Shown: one piece after another, positions 11,890 to 25,516 of the stretch | Layout: each line of letters starts with the position of its first letter | Position numbering within the stretch: position 1 is the stretch's first letter | From: Microbotryum violaceum | Lineage: Eukaryota | Direction of reading: 5' to 3' | Length of the DNA stretch: 64,000 nt | NCBI GenBank assembly: GCA_001244265.2 | Contig: CDLV01000006.1 | Span: 1,860,001 to 1,924,000 of the forward strand | The notes under the pieces: generated by a model | Told to the model about the DNA's origin: nothing | Databases searched by the model: none | The model's input: only the letters and a program-made list of their open reading frames with translations | Position numbers and translations under genes: made by a program

Positions 11890-14243
11890 TCATCGCGGAT
11901 GCGAGTTTGACGACCAGCCCCATGAAGACGACTCCGGAGCCGAGGACCCCGGTTTGCCGAAACGCCGGTCGTCAACATGTCGAGCGTCCCCGTATTCAAG
12001 CGGTGCTTGGTCATCTTTCACAGTGTCTTGGTCGCGCGACCCAAGTGACTTGCTGTAAATGCTTTGAGGTGGGGTTGGTGATGCACCGGAATGCAATCCG
12101 AGCCCACGACGGCCGCGCGTGTCCTCATCGAGTCCAGACGCGAGCCCCATGACCATCCCACTTGGCTTTCGCTCCGCCGATCCACCGCCGTTCTCACCAA
12201 TAGAGGTGTTTGTGAACGCGTAGGAGCTCGGTCCTCCTGTGGACCGTGGCGGTAATGCTGGTGCGGAGCGACCGGGCCCTCCGGCCGATCCGGGAGGAGC
12301 CGTGTGCGGAGAACCAGAGCTCGCGCTGTCGAAGCTCGAATACTGCGAGCGTTGCGGTTGGTAGGAGTGGTATCGTGATGCAAGAGTCGATGGTGCGTAC
12401 TCGAGCGAGGGGCGGACGTCGGAGTACGACGACGGCGGGCGGGCCCCGTTCGGGCCAGCCATGTTCGAAATTGGCCCACTGCCGCTCGTGCTGTTACGAC
12501 TCGATGGTCGATCATACTCTCCGGTAAACGCGATGGGTGCACCAAAGGAGTAGTACTGCTGCGATGTAGGATGGTGCGACGATGCGAAAGGCGGCCGGTG
12601 CGTCGAAGAGGGTCCTCCGGCATAAGTCGACGACGCCAGACTCGCGGCCGTCAGCGGTGCCGAATATGAGGGATAGTCCGGTGCCGTCGAGGGGTGATGG
12701 CTGCTGCCTTGTTCAGGTCGACGCATCTGCTGATGCTGGCTCGATGCGGTGCCGGAGTGCGGAGGCGGTGGATCGTACTGGAAAATCGCGCTCGAACTGG
12801 GACCAGAAACTGAGACGGGCTCGGTAGGCGAGTAGGGAGTGGGATGACGAGGCTGGTAAAACTGGCTTTGGTGCTGGTATTGTGAGAACTGCTGAGAAGA
12901 TGCTGTGTGCTGGCTGGTGGATGCGGACATATGGTATGGATGCGCAGTCGATGGCGGCCGATGTTGCGAGTGGTGCGCATGCAGGTGCGAAGTAGGAGTT
13001 GACCATGAGTGGTCATCGCCCGGTGACGCACTCAGCGAATTAAGGGCGGGAGATAATCCTGTTGACGCCTCGTTCATCTTGAACGACTCCCCAACGCCAG
13101 AAAGACCCGAGAGGCCGACATGCCCCGCTGAGGCACGCCGGTGGCTTTCTCCCTCGTGGAGGGGCAGCGGGAGTGGGAAAGCACCGGAGCCGGAGGACGG
13201 CCGCGCTAGGGTCGGCGGTTGGCGCTGCACAGTGTAAGGGTCGAATCGGTTCGAAGTACGTAGAGCCGAGACAATGCCACGCTGCGGCGAGTTGGGCGGC
13301 CCGTCCCGCTGCGACGAAGGACCGGCGTTGCTAAGTTGAAGAGTGGGTAGTCGCGGCGAAATGCGCGAGCCGATCGAGTCGGAAGACGGCACCCTCGACA
13401 GGCCCTACGATTTATTGAAGAAGAGGCGCATGGCATACCAGCAGCAATCAGTTACAGTTTCGTTGTTGTGCTCGGAAGTGCCCCTCGACGTAGACTCACG
13501 TTAGGAGTGTTGCTGCCATGCAAGGACGAGCTTGCGCGAGGCACAGGAGATAGCGGCGCATCGGCCGCCTCGCCCTTGTACCGCAATCGCCCGTCGGCTC
13601 CCACTTCTACCAACGGCGGAGCTCGGAAGTGGGATGCCGACAGGAAGTCTTGATGAATTTCCATAGCGGCGAGCTCGGCGTGCGATGATGGAGTGCGCAG
13701 GCGGCCAGAGGTCACATCGTCGATCCGATAGTACCCAATCATGTGCAGACCAGATAGCGATATTGTCTTCTTAACCAGTCCATCGGTCCTGAAACTGTAG
13801 CTTGCCGTCAGACTACCAACGAGAGCACGCTCCCTGGCTTTGTCGAGTGTCCCGGAGCTTGCTTCGTCACTGACGCTCTTTCGTCGCGCCGACGGAGGTA
13901 TGAGAACGGGTCGCGTGGACACAGGTGTAGCACTGGATCCTTCCTCGCCTTCACCATCAACGGAAGCGGCGGCGGCGGCCGAGTTTGCCTTCTTGTCCAG
14001 TTCGCGATAAATGAGGAAGTTGCCCAGCGTTCGCGATGGGCTCCAGGTCAAACCATCAGTCCACCGTTTGATGCCCGTGTCCTCCTCGTCGAACACGAAG
14101 ATCGCGCCCGAAGTAATAAGGTCGCGTTTTTCGTTCTCCGACAAACGTCGCGATATCTGAGTCAGCTGCTGGCGACGACACCCCTCGAAGATGAGGAGCG
14201 CATCCAGCGTTGTCTCGATGAAGCCCCGGTACGCTGGCTCCAT
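11890..14243 (-). CDS. Gti1/Pac2 (WOPR, Wor1/Ryp1-like) transcription factor
   Basis: YRGFIETTLDALLIFEGC, IKRWTDGLTWSPSRTLGNFLIYREL and GLVKKTIS motifs. A phase-0 intron at 13405-13499 joins to a long Ser/Pro/His/Gln-rich C-terminal exon. Confidence 0.93.
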
Positions 14244-17200
14244 GGCGTGCCGGTGACGCGAGGTGTAGCGACTACGCCGAAGCTAGTACTCCTCGGACCC
14301 AGTGGTGTCGAGGCGACCGAACAGCTGTAAGCATGGTTGTGGAAAACATGCATAGCCAGCGCGGGGAGGAGCGAACGTCAGCTTTGACCGACGTGGACCT
14401 TTTTCTGGAGCCTGGGAGCACGAGCTGAACGCACGCGTCAGTCGCCGAGGGAATATGCCGACTACGACGGCCAAAGACTGTGGAGTGGACATTGTTTGTT
14501 GTCAAGCACGTGCAACAAGCTGTCAGCTTTGGTCTCGTACCCCGACAGATGTGTTCGCAGTCTTGACGATGTTGTAGATTGTGCCTCACCACTTGGGGCG
14601 CGTTGGCCAGGAATCGATCTCAGCGCTGCCGCTGGTTGGTGCCCCACAAGGAACTCGGTGACGCCGCTTCGAGCTATTTCCGACTAGCTTCCCGGTCTGC
14701 TAATCGCGGTACCGCACGTGGACCTGAAAGGCAGATAGGAATCTGTGACGGGCGAGCATGAGTCAACAAATGATGTACAGCAATCTGGAGTGACTTGGGG
14801 CCGTGAGCGCGCGCATCGTCGGAGCCTGTCTTACCCGGGGTAGAGGTGGAGTTTGTCCGATGGGGGATGACCACGATCGAGGACGCGACAATGAATCGCC
14901 CTACGGGCACGGGATCTTCACCGGGAGCTGTCGAGCCTAGCCGGTGCGGACCGACGGAGTTAAAGCACGAGCCGGGTTGAGGGTTCTATGATGAATGATT
15001 GAATTCAACCTGACGGATAATCGTCAAATTAGACGCCGGGGTCGAGAAGACCGGCTCAAGCAGAAGGCTGTCGACTGCGCCGCCACACGAGGGGGCGACG
15101 TGCACTCGGTCGTGACGAGGGAAGCCGACTGATGAAGCCAGTCGATGCAAGAGGGCGGTCGGCGATCGTGAGCTGTGAACGTCCAAGCCGGGGGATCAAA
15201 TTAGCAAGCTTAGTCCTGAAGAGGTGAAGAGGTGAAGAGGATTGCTGGGGCCGCACACCAAGGGTCGGAAGGCGCACCGATCAGTACAGGTCGTGTCGGG
15301 ATGCCCGTGCTCGATTGGAACTGGGAGAGCAGCCGGACCGGGGCCTTGTAAGCGCTCTTCGCAAATGTGCACGAGGCGTGGGCCTCAGCTGGCTTCCTCC
15401 ACAAATCGAGGGAGAAGTAATATAGGCGTTTGAGTGAGCAATCAGCAACGCCAAGTCGTTGCAGTGGGCGTGGCTAAGATACACCGAAGGGGGACGTCGT
15501 CGGTTGAAAGGAGGTTGAGGGAGGCCCCCTCAGCCGACAGTCAGGCTGCGCCAATGGTTCCTAGCGCTCTAGCCTGCTCTAGCTCGCCTTTGCGCGGGTC
15601 CGGCGCAGAGCCGGGCGGGCATGAGTCGTCGGTCGCTGCTCCCAGAACGCTCGCACGCCGCCGCTGCCGAGCTTTTTCTTCAGCGCCGTGTGTGGGTGGG
15701 TGGGAGTGGTGCCTGGCGAGCCCCGCGGCCCCGCGGTACCACCGCCTGGTGGACACCCACTGCCAGCTTTCACTTCTCGATCAGTAAGTCTCGCAATGCT
15801 CAGCGGTCGTCTTCGCCGTACAGTCTTCGTCCGGCATTGCACGATCGCTCGCGCATTACGCGTGAATGGATGCTGCATGCACCTAACGCGAGCTTCAAGA
15901 GCCTGCTAACGACGGCTTTCTTTTGTTTCAAGGGCACGTAAGCAAGTATGGTGGCATTCACAACATACTACCAGGGGGTCAATACTTGGCATTTTTCGTC
16001 GTGCCCTTGAAGATGCCCCGTGATCAGGAAAAGATAAGAGACAGGAAAAGTCGAAGAAATTCAGGACTCAGGATCGGCACTGCGGGCGTTCTTGAAGCAA
16101 GGTTTCGCGCTAGTTCGCAATTTGATGTAGCGAATTCGACGTGGGGCTGCTGCCCACACCCGTCACCGCAAAGGCCCAAACTCGGACTCTATCGTCGGTG
16201 AATCAGTGTTCTGCATTCGCCATTGCGCGTGTCTTCGATAGGGTAGGCCCGTACCTGGCAGTCCACGGCTGTCCCGCTTCACTATAAGGTTTCGCTTGGA
16301 TCTCACCGGAATCCCCTTTTGCAAGAACGGGTGGCATTGCGGTCCGCTGCCGGAGACCGCGCTTCTTCGACCTGGGTGCCATGGCAGGCAGTAAGAGAAA
16401 CCGATCGCCCAGGCTGCACTGCGTAGGCCTTCTGCGATATTGTTGAAGCACTCTGCCGAGTTTACCGCTCTGTCGACTTTGAATCCTCAGGGGCGATAGA
16501 GCTGGGTTCCCGTCGGTATTTGTGGATTTTCACTGCCGATTTTGGCTTCGTTGTCACCCTTCCTCCAGGAAAACCGAGAGAATTGAGACTCGTGATCGTC
16601 AATAACCCTTGAGTGGTCGATGGCTGTGGCATTAATATGGCATTCTCACACGTGCGTCGCTAGTACCGTATCTCTGCGGCGAATCTCGCGCGTCAAGTTG
16701 CGAGCAAACTTGAAGAGACTTCCAGCCGCTTGGCACCGAAAGCGCAGAGCGCCGCCAGCCCCTGTCTCGATTCACCGACAGCAAAAACAAGAGGAGATCG
16801 AAGTTGGGGGCCCTACTTTCTGCTCTGCGCTACAATATTGAGAGCTGGCGGTATGTTCGCATCTGGAGATTATGGCCAACATGAACAGGGATTCTGCCCA
16901 ACGAGATGATGACATCGACGTCGACGGAGTCGGCACATTGACTGTCGTGTTCCGCGAATAATAGCACCATTTCCATCGCTACGATCGATCTAACAAAGTT
17001 ACTTTGCCCTCGACAATGTTGAGCGCGGCCGACTTCGTCCACTGGCTGGAGTAAGATTACTTGAAGGTAGGTAACATCTATGAGGCCACAAAAGCGCGAG
17101 CGGACCGCGTGCGGTGCCGTCCTCATCGCTCACGTTACTCGGTAGTAGTAGTTACGGTTTCAAACACTACAAAAGTATTTAAAAAGGTGACATGTACTTG

Positions 17201-18035
17201 ACATGGGTCAGGAAAGACATGAGTAGTGACCCAATTAGAATTCGTGCGCTCACGTTGGAATAAATACCAACCGGACGGCGTACGCTCTTCACGACTCGGC
17301 ACAACGTGCCAGGTGGTTCTCTATCCACAGCTGGGTACACTCGATCTACAAGTCACACGTAAGTAATACTATTGAGTTCACCGGAGAATTCGTTGGTCGC
17401 ATTGGCTCCGCTGCCTTTTTTAACAGTCCCCTTCGTGGAATCGCCTACTAGTAGAGTCGGAAACCGGAACACTGCCGCAAGTTCAAAACATGCTCGTCGG
17501 ACTTACATGGGAACCCGGCCCTAGCAACCATTTACATCCTACTCATGGAGAAACTACTAGTAGGGAGGCAGGAATGGTATACGCTCCACCAATGAAGGCT
17601 GCACAATGCGTCCAGGGCCCGGCCCCCACACGCCGGATGCACACCGGGCATCCGCGTCGCGCACACATACGGGCGAGACACCGCTCGCTGTTCCCAACAA
17701 TTGCAAGGGTTCCGGTGGACCGGTGGTGCCGGCCGCTGTGCGGCAGAGTTGTGCTCGACTCCCCCCCCCCCTTTTTTCTTTTCGTGAATTAAGCATCACC
17801 CGAGCTGCGATGCACCTCATTCTGAAATCGGTATGGGCGAAAACTCATCAATCACGTGACACGAGGTCATCTGGAGTCGGAGTCTTTCGCGCGCACGGAC
17901 CCGGCATAGAGAGCCTTCGCAACCCAAGGGAGCGGAGGGCACATCGCGCCTCGGCTGCGAGCGCGTGCATTTGGCCTCTCGGCCTCTCGTCGTCCCCCCA
18001 TATTCCCCCCAATCGCCCACCCAAGACGATTCAGG

Positions 18036-21000
18036 ATGGCTCCAAATCCATACATCAAAGCCGTCGCGGGCACGAACGGGACGAGCACGACCAAGAAGGC
18101 GAAAAAGCCCAAATCGACCCAGACCAAACCAGCCCATGGCGCACCTGCCGTAGGCTCCTCCACGACGACGAACGACCCGACACGGGATGCCCTGCGCAGG
18201 GAAGTGTTGGCTCTGGGTGGGGACGAGGACGAGTTGAAGATGCTCCTCGCTGTCGACAGCGAGAGTGAGGTCGAGGGCGAGGATATCGCCGTCAATGGTG
18301 CGAAGGCCGGCAAAGGCAAAGGCAAGGGCAAAGACGTCGTCGATGTGAGTTGTGCATGCGATCTAATCTCGCACGATAAGTTAGTGTAGATAGTCGATGT
18401 CTGACCGCGTATTCTTGATTATACGCCACCTTCAGCCCGCACTGTCGAAAGAGTTGCGCTCGCTCTTCAAGACTCTGGACTTTGGCTCAGTCGGTGGGCC
18501 AGACGCTGCCGAGGAGGCAGAAGAAGCGGCAGAGGAAGAGGACGTTGATCAAGAAAGCGACGAAAACGAGGACGATGACGAGGAATCGAGCTCAGACTCA
18601 GATGAGGAGAGGGATGAGGATGAGGATGAAGCCGCCGCTCCCGAGCCAGAGGCCAAGTCCAAATCTTCGACCACGGCACAGAGCAAGGTCGCTGCCGATC
18701 CTGCCGCTGCTGCGACGAAGAAGGAGTTTAAGTACGAACGGGAAGAACGAAGGAAAATCGAGCGAGAGGCTGAGAAGGAACGCGAGAAGGCAGAGAAGCT
18801 CGTCGAACGGGAAGCCAAGCACTCCGCGGCCTTGACGCCCACGATCAAGAGTCCCTGGGTAAGGACCATTACCGTCTTACCATCTATCATCTAATGCAAG
18901 ACTGAACATATCTTCATCATTCTCTATAGCTCGTCGATCCAACACCGCAATGGTACGCCGTACCGCTCGCCGCGATTCAACCGTTGACGACCAAACCTTC
19001 GCGCGAGACGATTACCGCCTTGGCCTCTCGTGGTGAAGCCCTACTCGCACGCGAAAACGAGATCTACTCTTCGTCTCTGTCACCCAGCAGCAAAGGATCG
19101 GCATTGCCCCCGCCGAACGGCCTCTCGAAAGCTGATCAAGTCTTCATCCAGCAGATTTTGACGTCTGGTACCTCGTCGGATAAGGTCTCGGCGCTGTTGC
19201 TGCTGGTCTCATCGTCGCCGCTGCACACTATGTCGTATCTCGAACAACTCGCGACACTGTGCAAGAAGAAGAGTCGTGACGAAAGTGGTCGCGCGGTGCG
19301 CGGCATCGTAGAATGGTGGCGAGGAGATGGTGGCGATGGTGGAGGGAGTCCCAGTCGCAAGCTGCGAACGTTCGCCGACCAGCCATTGCTCGACGCCGTA
19401 GCCCGAGCCCTCGATGCCTCCGAATCGGGAAAAAGGAATGCTCCGCTTCCCCAAGGCGTGACGAAGCAAGATCTCGAACGGACTCTAGCCCTCTTCGCCT
19501 TCGAGGATTGGCTGAAGAAATGGTTCTTCTCGATCCTGCAAGCGCTCGAACAAATGTCGACGGACCCCTTGCCGCACCCTCGTTCGCTCGCTGTCGTTCA
19601 TATCGCCAACTTGCTGCGCGACAAGCCCGAACAGGAAGGCAATCTGTTGCGCTTGCTCGTCAACAAGCTCGGTGATTCGCAGCGCGGGATCGCTTCCAAG
19701 ACGTCGCACCACCTGTTGCAGATCTTGCAGGTTCACCCGGGCATGACACCCATCATGGTTCGAGAAGTGTCGGGTCTCATCCTCCGACCCAACACCCCCG
19801 CTGCCCCACCTGTGGCCGATTCGAGCAAGAAACATCTTCGTTTCGATTCGGGCGACAAGACTGCTGCGGCGCCTGCGGTCAAGTCCAAGGCCAAGGACAA
19901 TGGGCATGACCACGCGAGGTACTACGGTGTCATCACGCTTAACCAGATCATGCTTAAGAAGGACCAAAGCGAAGTCGCGGGAAGGATGATCGAGGTTTAC
20001 TTTGCCATCTTTGGTGACGTGCTCGGTCGTGTCACGGAAGACAACGAGGAAGGTGCTGAGGTGGACAAGACGACGAAGGCGCTTCAAGGGCAGAAGAGGA
20101 AACGCGGTGCCACGGGGATGGAGGCAGCAGTAGTCCAAGCCGAGGGCGAAGTTGATGAGACGGATTCCAAGTTGATCGCCGCGGTTCTGACTGGGGTCAA
20201 TCGCGCATTCCCCTTCGCCAAGATCGAGGACGACGCTTTCAAGAAGCGTCTCGACACCTTGTTCCGCATCACGCATTCAGGCACGTTCAACGTGTCGATC
20301 CAAGCGCTCTTGTTGATTTACCACGTCTCAGCGGCCAAGAAGGCCGTCAGCGATCGCTTTTACCGCGCCTTGTACGCATCCTTGTACGACCACCGCTTGG
20401 CCGGGTCGAACAAGCATGCGTTGTATCTCAACCTCGTCTTCAAGGCGTTGAAGCAGGACCCGAATCGCGAACGCGTCATGGCCGTGATCAAACGCCTCGT
20501 ACAGCTCGTGCTCTTGATGGACGTGACCTTCATCCTGGGCGCCTTATTCATCGTCGGCGAAATGATGGCCACTACCCCCGGACTACGCAAGATGTTGGCC
20601 GAGCCCGAGAATCTCCCTAGCAAGTTGGAAGAAGCCAAGAAGACGCCCCAGTCCGAGACTGCTCCTGCACTCACTCTCGAATCGATCGCTTACGACGGCA
20701 GGAAGCGCGAGCCCCAGTTCGCGCACGCCGAAAACTCGTGCCTGTGGGAACTCGTGCCCTTGTTGAACCACTTCCACCCGACCGTCGCCTTGCACGCATC
20801 GATGGTCTTGTCGGGAGAACCTCTCTCTGCGTCGGACGAACTGGAGCAGTACTCTTTGACTCACTTCCTCGATCGATTCGTCTACCGAGATGCGAAGAAG
20901 ACGGCTTCGACCAAGGGTGCTTCGATGATGCAGCCTGGTTTGGCCAGTCAGGACAAGAGTGGGAGGATCATCATGCGCAAGGGTACTGGAGTCGTCGAGA

Positions 21001-22011
21001 TCAATTCGGACAAGTTCAAGAGGCTCAACAAGCACAGCGTCCCTGCCGATCAGGTAAGTGTTTTTTCCTTCCACTCTTCGTGCACCCGTCTCCGGGCCGC
21101 TAGCTGATCTCAGGCTTCTCTTTTGATCGATGCAGCTCTTTTTCCACACCTACTTTACCCAAAAAGCCTCTCTGGACGCGCTCAAATCGTCGCTCTCGTC
21201 GAAACGCAAGTCCAAGCCGAGCCGCGGTTCCGATTCGGAAGAAGCCAACGACTCGGACAACGAATCCATCAACGACCTCGGGTTCTCCGACATCGCCGAC
21301 GATGACGACGATGACCAAATCGAGGCTTTGGGTCGCGCGATGGACGAGGAGGATCAGGCGTTGGTCGATTTGGACGACGCGGACAGTGAGATGGAGGCGG
21401 AGATTTGGAAGGCGATGAAGGCGTCGTTGCCAAGACGGGACGAGGAGGATGCGGCTTCGGATGGGGTCGATGAGGATGATGATGAAGAGTTTGATATGGA
21501 CGGGTATGACGATTCGGACGAGGAGGGCAAGGCTGCGGCGATCGATATCGATTCGGACTCGGAGTTGGGCGTCGATGAGGACTTTGACATGGGCGAGGTC
21601 GAACGGGGTCAGCGTGCCGCCTTTGCTGCAGCTGAGGATTCTGATGAGGAGGTCGAAGCAGAAGGGGACGAGAAGATGTTCGCTTCGGAAGACGACGAGG
21701 CCGAGGAAGCGGCTTCGGCCGACGAAGAAGTCGAGGAGGACGAAGAGGAGAATGCTCCGTTCAAGTCTGCCTTTGACGACCTCTCTGCGGACGAAGACGA
21801 CGAGGATCTCGGTCTGGCCGAGGACGAAGACGATCTCATCGGATCGGACGAAGACGCACCCGAGTTGTTGCCACCGCCTTCGAAGAAGCAGAAGAAGGAC
21901 GAGCGCAAGGCCAAGAAAGAGAAGGTCAAGAACATGCCCATGTTTGCGACCGCCGAGGACTATGCTCATTTGTTGGGTGACTCGGACGATGATGGGAACC
22001 GATCTTGTTGA
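18036..22011 (+). CDS. MAK21: Ribosome biogenesis protein Mak21/Noc1 (CBF/CEBPZ family)
   Basis: SGTSSDKVSAL, KPEQEGNLLRLLVNKLGD, YDGRKREPQFAHA, HFHPTV, HFLDRFVYR; acidic tail ending in PMFATAEDYAHLL; 3 introns. Confidence 0.95.
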
Positions 22012-22301
22012 GGGAGTTTCTTTGTACTGCAATTGTGATGGTTGGTTTTGCTCTGGATAAGTGCGCGTGTCTCGCCGTTCCTTACACTGGCCCACACTGG
22101 CCCGGATTGCACGACATCTGAACGCTTTTATAACAATGAAAAGCTGGTATTGCGTTTTTCAGATTCACACATAAGATTACAAGATCGTATCTCGAAAGAA
22201 CGATTGGAGCCAAGGAACGACGCTCGTGCCGATCCTGGCTTCGGGGTTGGTTTTTGCTTCAAAAGGCTCGTCAGGACCCGCGCGCACGTCGAACGCGCTT
22301 T

Positions 22302-23188
22302 TTACGTATTCCTCAACACTGTAGATTGATCGAACGATCTCAGCAAGAGTGAGCCGAATGAGGTTCTTTCCCACGTGTGCCGAACTGACCCAGTACGACA
22401 GAATCCCCTCGGAGGACTGTGGTGGGTCGAGGGCGAGGAAAGATCAGCTACCCACCCGAACTGCATGAACGCGAAGATCTTTGCAGCCACGTACACATCT
22501 TGGAAACGAAGCGGTCCTTGTTGATGGGTTTCTTGCCCTTGCCCTTGGGTGCCTCGGTCCTGTTCGAGAGCCAAGGAGCAAGGCGAGTCAGCCTTTGCGT
22601 AAGGCGAGTCAGCACTGCAAAGTCACGCACCACATCTCCTTGACATTCTCCAACACCTGCGTAAGAACAAGAGCTGTGGTCAGATCGGGCCAGGAACTGT
22701 GAGGCCGCTGGAGGGGACAGGTCGTACCATGTTGGCGTGCCTGTCGAACGCCTTGACCTTGCCCAACAGCTTTCGGTTGTTGCGCAATGCGACGAGAATC
22801 TGGGTCCCCGATCGAACGGAGGTTTGGAGTACAGAGAGGGGGCTGTCGCATCGGACAAGTGCAGGTGAGGGTCAGCCGGGATGGGATGGGATGGGATGGG
22901 ATGGTGCGGTGACGGGGTGCGACGGCGCGACGGGTGACTGGACTGACCCCTGGCTGATCTCGTGTTCCTCGAGCGCCTTGATCTGCGTCTCGTCTAGTTC
23001 CGACTTGGCGGTGTGTTGGTTTTCACTGCACAGGGTGAGAGCACATGCAGCGCAGAGCGCGATGAGGTGCGGTCGACGAAGCGATCGACACCCAAAGCGC
23101 GAGCGCGTGTGGGAATAGGCATGGCATGGCCTGGCCTGGTCAGCTCCAGTACGCTCTCGTGCTCGAATCTGTCGCCTACTGACCTCAT
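22302..23188 (-). CDS. SMD2: Small nuclear ribonucleoprotein Sm D2
   Basis: [62 protein letters not shown] spread over short exons. Confidence 0.93.
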
Positions 23189-23259
23189 GTTGCAGTGCGT
23201 TCGAAGCGGTGGTGCAGTGGGTAGGAGTGATGAGCCAAGCGAAGAGCAACGGAGAGCGA

Positions 23260-23413
23260 CGGGAAGAGCGCCGGGAAGAGCGCCGGGAAGAGCGCCTCGG
23301 CCAGTCAGTCAGTCAGTCACGGCCAGGCTCGGCCAGGCTCGTTCAGGCTCGCTCCGCCGGTTTCAAATGCGTTTCAAATCGCTCCGCCGATTTCAAATGC
23401 AGATTTCAAATGC
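23260..23413. repeat. Tandem repeats (CGGGAAGAGCGC x3; TTTCAAAT x4) in the SMD2/BUD32 divergent intergenic region
   Basis: Read directly from the sequence between the two divergent start codons. Confidence 0.8.
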
Positions 23414-23561
23414 GTTCAGGCTCGTTCGGGCTCGTTCCTTCGCGCGTCGCTTGCCTCGGCTGTCTCGATCCGACGATGATCGTTCGAGTTTCGCTCTGGC
23501 CATCCTTCCTGGCCATCACGAGCGCGCTCTGCCCTCACCACCCGCCCACAACCTCCGTAGC

Positions 23562-24721
23562 ATGGCCTCTCTCTCGTCAAAGCAAGCCGAAGCGGATCCC
23601 ATCACCAATCCCACCCCTACCCCTCGAGCAGCCCATCCGATCCAACACCTGCTCCAATCCGGTCGGCTCATCAAGCAAGGCGCCGAAGCGGTCAGTCACT
23701 GTCGCTAGTCCGTGAAGCTTCATCCACCACTGATACAAACTAGCTTTCACATCCACAGAAAGTCTACAAGACCATCCTCTTTCCCACACCCACCGTGACC
23801 CAACCGTTGTCCTCCTCATCGGACTCGATCACCGACCCAACACTCTCCCACCTCGAACCAACCTCGGTCCTCCTCAAGCACCGCTTCCCCAAGCAGTACC
23901 GTCACCCGACCCTCGATCTCCAGCTGACCCGAACGCGTCTGACCGCCGAAGCGAGGTCGCTCGTACGCTGTCTCAAGGCCGGTGTCGTCGTGCCTGCGCT
24001 CAGGTTGGTCGATACGAACCAGGGCGTGCTCGGCCTCGAATGGATCGAAGGTAACAGCATCAGGGAGGTGTTGGGCGGATCAAAGGAGGAGGATCAGATT
24101 ATGCAAGATGACGAGCATGCACAACACGACTCGATCGAAGAGCTGTGGAGGCAGAGAGGTCTCGATCAAGGCAAATATATGCCAGGGTGAAGATTCTGAT
24201 CACTTCCAGTCGCTGACCTTCGCCCCTTTACGATCACAGCCCTTCTTTTGACCATGATTGGAGAGAACCTCGCGGCAATGCATCTCGCCAACATCATCCA
24301 CGGCGATCTTACGACCTCCAACATGATGGTGCGCCAAGTCGAGACCCTCGCCGAGAACGATCCGCCTTACCAAGTCGTAAGTGCCGCCGCGGGCGTTCTT
24401 GGCTTAGACATCGCTAGCGCGGCTCTGATCGAAGACGTCGACTCTTTCTTTCAGGTCCTCATCGACTTTGGCCTCTCCTCCGTCTCGCCCCTTCCCGAAG
24501 ATCGAGCCGTGGACCTCTACGTCCTCGAACGAGCTTTCACCTCGACCCACCCCGTTCCCTTGCTCGAATCAGGCCAAGAAGGCGAACCCCATTTTACGCG
24601 CGTCTTGCAAGCTTACATGGCCAAAATGAAGAAGGATGGCAAGAAGGATGAGGGTTTGAGAGTCGAGAAGAGGTTGAACGAGGTGAGGATGCGAGGGAGG
24701 AAGAGAAGTATGGTTGGTTGA
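23562..24721 (+). CDS. BUD32: KEOPS/EKC complex kinase Bud32 (TP53RK/PRPK)
   Basis: [54 protein letters not shown], and C-terminal [12 protein letters not shown]. Confidence 0.96.
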
Positions 24722-25516
24722 GCGCCGAGCCGGATCGGGGTGGAGGGGACGATCTGTTAGTTGGGAGACAGAGATATTTCTGTACCAGTACACATCGTCG
24801 AGACAAAATCACGGGGCCGCGCTCGATTCACGTTGTTCGCCGACGTCGACGCCTACCGGCATTCAAGCATGGGACAGCAGGGCCAGCGAATTTCAATTGT
24901 CTGGCTACTCGAGCCACTCGAGCCGGTCCGCACCCACTCCACCCCGGCCGCACCACGTCGTACGTCACACGCCGACTGTCTGAAAGCTGGGGTATCATTC
25001 GCGGTGCCCAGTAAACAGCACATCTGGGACTGGAATGCAATACGCATATCAACTTTGCTGGACGTGTCGGCACTTTTTGTAGTAAGCCCTGAGGGATCGT
25101 GCGCAATGCGGCAGGTGGGGGTGCGTACTACGAATGTGGGGCCACTCCAACTTTCGAGCCACTGCTGAAGCTGTCAGGGTCTGAGGGGTGCATGATCGTC
25201 CCCGACCTGTCTTGATACGAATTAAGGTTCAAAGAGGACTATAAACGATGAAATTCGCAGTCCGTGGGTCCTCGAGAGATCGGCAGCCACAGCGAGATGT
25301 TGCTCCAACCCGATCTTTCGCCCAAGTTCTTTCGCCCAACCGGATTTCGGACCGCCGGGTCGCGTGACACCCCACAACCGAACGTGTTCCTTTCTTGCTC
25401 CCTCCCTCACCATCCTCATTGAACCTACAATCCTCTTCCCCCAAAAAACTCCGCCTCTACCGCGTTCACACACTCTCCCTTCATCAAAAACAAGCCCTAC
25501 CCCCTCTCTGCCTACC

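Noticed and set aside
19485-22095. Long antisense ORFs over MAK21 (similarly over AFG3, UBA1, MMM1 and the LEA-like gene)
   Set aside because: Shadow ORFs produced by GC3-biased codon usage on the opposite strand.
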